A stretch of 64,000 nt of DNA from an uncultured bacterium (lineage in GTDB: Bacteria; Acidobacteriota; Thermoanaerobaculia; Multivoradales; JAHZIX01), in contig CBDUPA010000021.1 in the NCBI GenBank assembly GCA_965368975.1, positions 32,001 to 96,000 of the forward strand, given 5' to 3'. This document shows positions 60,104-64,000 of this stretch, piece by piece. Position 1 is the stretch's first letter. Every line of letters starts with the position of its first letter. The notes beneath the pieces were generated by a model. The model was not told the DNA's origin. It did no database searches and saw only the letters and a program-made list of their open reading frames with translations. The translations under genes and the position numbers were made by a program.

Positions 60104-61051
60104 TCACCCCCGGTGGCGCAGCAACCAGTGCAGCACCTGCGCCTCCGCCGACCCTGGCGCCGCGCCCAGCCCCAGGTCGAGGTGGCGCGGAAAGCCGAGA
60201 TGGCCACCGCGGTCCGTCCAGCACACCTCCAGGTGTCTGCTGCCGCGCTCCAGGTACGGCTTCACCGTCTCTGCCAGCACCATCGGGTCCGCCTCGGACC
60301 CCACATACAGCGTCGGCACCCGCAACCGTTCCAGGTGCGGTGCCACGCTGACCTGGCGGTAATAGTCCTCAGCTCCTTCGAAGCCATGGCGTGGTGCCAC
60401 GATGAGGTCGTCCCAGTCCCACAGCGACCTCACCTGCTCCGCCTGCTCCATCGGCACCGGCACCGGCCCCCTCGCCGCCACCTCACGGTAGATGTTGCGC
60501 AGCCCGATCAGCAAGAAGCGCTGGTAGGCCGCCATGTACCACTGCTTGTAGGTCTCTGCCGAGAGCTCCAGGTCGACCGGCGACGCCAGGGTCGCCACCG
60601 CCCGCACCCGCGGATCGTGGGACTCGACGGCCCAGCGCAGTACCACGTGGCCACCCAAGGAGTAGCCGAAGAAGTAGATGTCCTCGTACACCGCCAGCTG
60701 CGGGCAAGCCAGGGGGGCATCGAGATCGGCGATCAGCCCGGCGTGGTAGAAGTCCTCCCCCAGCCGGTCGGCCCCGCGCAGGTTGAGCAGCAAGCACGCT
60801 AGGCCCGCCTCGCGCGCCGCCCATACCGCCCGGGCCAGATAAGGGCTGCGCACCGACCCGCCGAGCCCGTGGATTACCACGAACAGCCCGGTCGCATCCT
60901 GCACCTCGAACAACCTCCCCGTCAGCCGCACCATCCCTTGCCGCGCGTCCGGCACGACCGTCGACCACTCCGTCCACGGCGGCAGCGGCGGCGGCCACAG
61001 GCGGCCGTGGAGGCGAGGCAAGATGGTCCAGAGGTGTCCGCTGACTGCCAT
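60104..61051 (-). CDS. YheT/ABHD-family alpha/beta hydrolase
   Basis: HGLGGS, GYSLGG nucleophile, DPMV and GGHLGF. Confidence 0.9.
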   Translation of the reverse strand: MAVSGHLWTILPRLHGRLWPPPLPPWTEWSTVVPDARQGMVRLTGRLFEVQDATGLFVVIHGLGGSVRSPYLARAVWAAREAGLACLLLNLRGADRLGEDFYHAGLIADLDAPLACPQLAVYEDIYFFGYSLGGHVVLRWAVESHDPRVRAVATLASPVDLELSAETYKQWYMAAYQRFLLIGLRNIYREVAARGPVPVPMEQAEQVRSLWDWDDLIVAPRHGFEGAEDYYRQVSVAPHLERLRVPTLYVGSEADPMVLAETVKPYLERGSRHLEVCWTDRGGHLGFPRHLDLGLGAAPGSAEAQVLHWLLRHRG

Positions 61052-61128
61052 TGAAGGGTCCGTCTCGAGTCGTAGGGCGGGAAGACTTGTGCGGCGGGAA
61101 GAATAGCAGGGCAAGGCGCACACGGAAA

Positions 61129-61158
61129 CAGGCCGCCACACCGAAGCGCGGCGGCCTG
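61129..61158 (-). terminator. Hairpin downstream of peptide gene A
   Basis: CAGGCCGCC/GGCGGCCTG stem followed by TTT on the minus strand. Confidence 0.65.
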
Positions 61159-61191
61159 CATCCTTTCAGAGGGAAGCGAGGAAGGAAGATC

Positions 61192-61395
61192 TCACCAGGT
61201 CGGCGTGAAGGTGGTCGGGCAGCCGACCGACTCGTTGTGCACGCAGTCCGGGGAAATGGTGGTCACAACGCACTTGTAGCCTTCGGTGAAGTCGATTGGA
61301 ATGGCACCACCGACCTGGTGCATTGTATCCTCCTCAAGAGCCAGCAGGGTGTCCTTGCGAAGCCGCAACCTTCGAATACTGATCCGCTTCTTCAT
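61192..61395 (-). CDS. RiPP precursor-like peptide A (double-glycine, lanthipeptide-type leader)
   Basis: GGAG RBS, leader MKKRISIRRLRLRKDTLLAL...QVGG, and a 37-aa Cys/Thr/Ser-rich core. Confidence 0.75.
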   Translation of the reverse strand: MKKRISIRRLRLRKDTLLALEEDTMHQVGGAIPIDFTEGYKCVVTTISPDCVHNESVGCPTTFTPTW

Positions 61396-61580
61396 GATGT
61401 ACTCCAGTTCTCATGGGTATCAGGAACCATCGTCCCGAGAATCTTGCCAAACTCGGCCTTGTCTTAAGTAAGAACTCTAACAGACATATCATAGTAATTC
61501 CCGAACTCTCCATCAGAATTCAGTAAGAAGGCTAGCGCAGTTCATCCGGACAGCAAATCGCCAGCTTGCATGAACACGAA

Positions 61581-61626
61581 GCAAGCTACAGGCCGCCACA
61601 CCGAAGCGCGGCGGCCTGTAGCTTGC
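61581..61626 (-). terminator. 17-bp perfect-stem hairpin downstream of peptide gene B
   Basis: GCAAGCTACAGGCCGCC/GGCGGCCTGTAGCTTGC. Confidence 0.7.
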
Positions 61627-61657
61627 ATCCTCTCAAGGGAAGCGAGGAAGGAGGATT

Positions 61658-61882
61658 TCACCAGGTCGGCGTAAAGGTGGTCGGGCAGCCGACCGACTCG
61701 TTGTGCACGCAGTCCGGGGAAATGGTGGTCGCGATGCACACGGCGTCCTCGGTCCACTGGTCACAGATCGGATGGCCGCTGGTGCCGCCGTTGACACCCG
61801 CCATGCCGTTCTCGGTGATGGCCAGCAGGGTGTCCTTGCGCAGCTGTAGCTTCCGGGCGATGTTCCGCTTCTTCATGGTCAT
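61658..61882 (-). CDS. RiPP precursor-like peptide B (double-glycine, lanthipeptide-type leader)
   Basis: GGAG RBS, leader MKKRNIARKLQLRKDTLLAI...GVNGG, and a 41-aa core with 4 Cys. The start is either 61882 or 61876. Confidence 0.75.
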   Translation of the reverse strand: MTMKKRNIARKLQLRKDTLLAITENGMAGVNGGTSGHPICDQWTEDAVCIATTISPDCVHNESVGCPTTFTPTW

Positions 61883-62310
61883 GTTCTCCAAGTAGCGATG
61901 GGAGTCGAGCTCCCGAATAGGGGGTTACCCTTGGGTGGGTAGTACGACTGACTGGTACGGTTGGCGCAGTGGAAGGTTCTTTGGGATCAGATTTCTTTAC
62001 ATCGGGTAGAGCTGCGCGACAGGTCGTACCGATTCTCCTCGTCCTCGCACATCCTAGGTGGAGCGGGGACCGCATCGCGCATGATGCCGAATGAGGGCGC
62101 CCCGCGGAAAGGAACCGTCGCATGAACAGGTACCTGTCGAACCGAGTGGCCCGTTGGGGGGCCGGTCCGTGGCTGGATCCAGATGGAGGCCGCCCAGGCA
62201 GTGGAGATCTCGGGCCGGGCCTTGGTTGGCTCCAATGGAGAATCACTGCGAAACGTCTAGACGTAGACTGAATGCGTGAACTCCGCCATCAATTAAGCGA
62301 GCCTCACCTC

Positions 62311-62350
62311 TAGTCCTGCAAAGACACGAGTAGTCCTGCAGAGACACTAG
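62311..62350. repeat. 20-bp tandem direct repeat, candidate operator
   Basis: TAGTCCTGCAAAGACACGAG TAGTCCTGCAGAGACACTAG in the divergent intergenic region. Confidence 0.6.
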
Positions 62351-62480
62351 GATCATCTCTCGCAGTAGTCGGTAGCGAGGCACAAGCCTCGCTACTGAAT
62401 TTTTTAGCGTGGATGTCACGATTTCTCGTCTGCTCGCACTTTAGAGGCAACCTAGACGAAAATCCAATCTTGGAGATACC

Positions 62481-63725
62481 ATGTACCATCTTCCTCGCGA
62501 GTTGTTCGAGGCTCATTTGGCAGGCGATATTTCCCCCAGAGAGCTTTCAAGATTCCTGGCTGAACACCTGATAACCCTCTGCCCCTTGTGCGAAGCGGAG
62601 TTACGAGCGGTCCAGCGGAGTCTGGACAATCAAGATCATGGGCAACGAGGGGAGCCGAAGCCAAGTCCCGAGGATTGGCACCAAGCGCGCAAGTGGATGG
62701 AGGAGTTACAGCGGGATCCGATCTCGATCTGGGCGGGCAAGGTTGCCAGAGCGAGGAAGCGTTTTCGCGGCCCTGCATTCGCCGAACTCATGCTAGAGCA
62801 GGCCAGGTTATATCCTGAGAATGCCCTGGAAACTACAACCTGCGCACAGATGGCCCTCCCCCGGCAAGGATTTGCCAGTACACGCATTGATGCTATGGCC
62901 TGCGCACTGCAGATGAACGCCTATCGCGTGCAGGGCAGCTACGACCGGGCACAACAGTACCTGGATCTACTGCCAGCCCTCCTGAATGGAGTCACGAACC
63001 CGGCCTGCCAGGCCGAGGCCGCAAGCCTGATTGGCTCTCTCCTCATCGACCTACGTCATTTCAGCAAGGCGAAGCAGCATCTGAGCTACGCTGCAATTCT
63101 CTCCAAGCACATCCTGCGAGACAGTGAACTCAGCGCCAGGACGGCAATCAAGATATCTGGCATCCACTACTACCAGCGCCAGTGGGACCAGGCTCTGAAC
63201 GCTCTTCTGCCGGCTTTCCAAGATGTGCAGGAAGAAGAAACACCCCGCATTTACTTCATCTTGCGCTACAACCTGGCGATGCTCTTCTGCGCAATGAACC
63301 ATCCAGACGCTGCGCTGGAGCTTCTCCCCGAGGTACAAGCAGGCTTGCGGCAGCATGGCACCACCATCGACCAGAGGTCACTGCAGTGGCTGGAAGGTCG
63401 GATTCACGGGGGTCTGAGCGATCATCATCGCGCTTACCGACTGCTGACAGATCTCCGGGATCAATACCTGCAAGAAGGGCAACATTTCTGTGCGGCGATC
63501 GTCGCCTGCGACATTTGCTGCCTGCATCTGGATCGAAATGAACTGGACGCCGCCGTGGAGATCTTGCAACCAGCCCTGTCGACCATGTGCCGCCACTCGC
63601 TGCACGAGGAAAGCGAACAGGTTGTGCGCGGCTTGCAGAACGCCCTGCTTCGAGGTGTATTGACGCTCACGACACTGAAGGCTGCCCTGCCCCACCTGGA
63701 ACAGGCAGCTCGCGTCGTTCGCTAG
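62481..63725 (+). CDS. TPR-like protein with N-terminal zinc-finger-like (HxxxxCxxC) motif
   Basis: GGAG RBS, HLITLCPLC and helical repeats (QWLEGRI, FCAAIVACD). GC is visibly lower than in flanking genes. Confidence 0.75.
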   Translation: MYHLPRELFEAHLAGDISPRELSRFLAEHLITLCPLCEAELRAVQRSLDNQDHGQRGEPKPSPEDWHQARKWMEELQRDPISIWAGKVARARKRFRGPAFAELMLEQARLYPENALETTTCAQMALPRQGFASTRIDAMACALQMNAYRVQGSYDRAQQYLDLLPALLNGVTNPACQAEAASLIGSLLIDLRHFSKAKQHLSYAAILSKHILRDSELSARTAIKISGIHYYQRQWDQALNALLPAFQDVQEEETPRIYFILRYNLAMLFCAMNHPDAALELLPEVQAGLRQHGTTIDQRSLQWLEGRIHGGLSDHHRAYRLLTDLRDQYLQEGQHFCAAIVACDICCLHLDRNELDAAVEILQPALSTMCRHSLHEESEQVVRGLQNALLRGVLTLTTLKAALPHLEQAARVVR

Positions 63726-64000
63726 TCTTGGCCCAGATCCGCGACGCATCTAGCATTCCGTATCACGGTGACGGAGTCAGGTCCCCGATGGCTTGGTGCA
63801 ACCTTGTTGGACGGAATCACAGATCCTTGATCGGGTAGGAACCCGGCATGGTTCGGAGACGAAGGGTGATTCTGGAGCCGGGGCTGGGGGTGGGGGATGG
63901 GGCTGGGGGGTGGCGATTGGGTGGTTTGTTGTTGGGGCGGATGGGATAGGCGCCGCGGGCGTGTCGACTTGGGATGCGAGGGTTGTGCTACCTCGGCGCG

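Noticed and set aside
61987-62235. Third peptide precursor (82-aa minus-strand ORF)
   Set aside because: No shared leader or GG motif and no clear RBS. It is probably a spurious ORF in the regulatory region.

Overview
A GC-rich bacterial chromosome window. The gene content suggests Acidobacteriota, possibly Thermoanaerobaculia, but this is inference only. Most of it is housekeeping and envelope genes: nadE, lpdA-sucB-lipB, a phosphomannomutase, an LpxL-type acyltransferase, a GldAFG-like ABC system, a carbamoyltransferase-SxtJ-DUF5989 cassette, SMUG1, a PP2C phosphatase, two toxin-antitoxin-type pairs and several decayed genes. Three signals stand out. (1) A decaheme cytochrome plus outer-membrane beta-barrel (MtrAB-like) pair in which the porin has its own CXXCH motif and an in-frame UGA (20663-20665) followed by a SECIS-like hairpin, so it is probably a 712-aa selenoprotein that the ORF track splits in two. 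(2) A non-coding array between sucB and lipB with three near-identical cassettes, each made of an ECF-type promoter-like motif, a ~60-nt conserved two-hairpin RNA and an intrinsic terminator; this looks like an unannotated sibling small-RNA family. (3) Two tandem double-glycine, lanthipeptide-like precursor genes with identical 23-aa C-termini, no modifying enzyme in the window, and a divergent zinc-finger/TPR protein gene, which could be a RiPP or peptide-signalling module. All product calls come from motif recognition by eye; no database searches were run.
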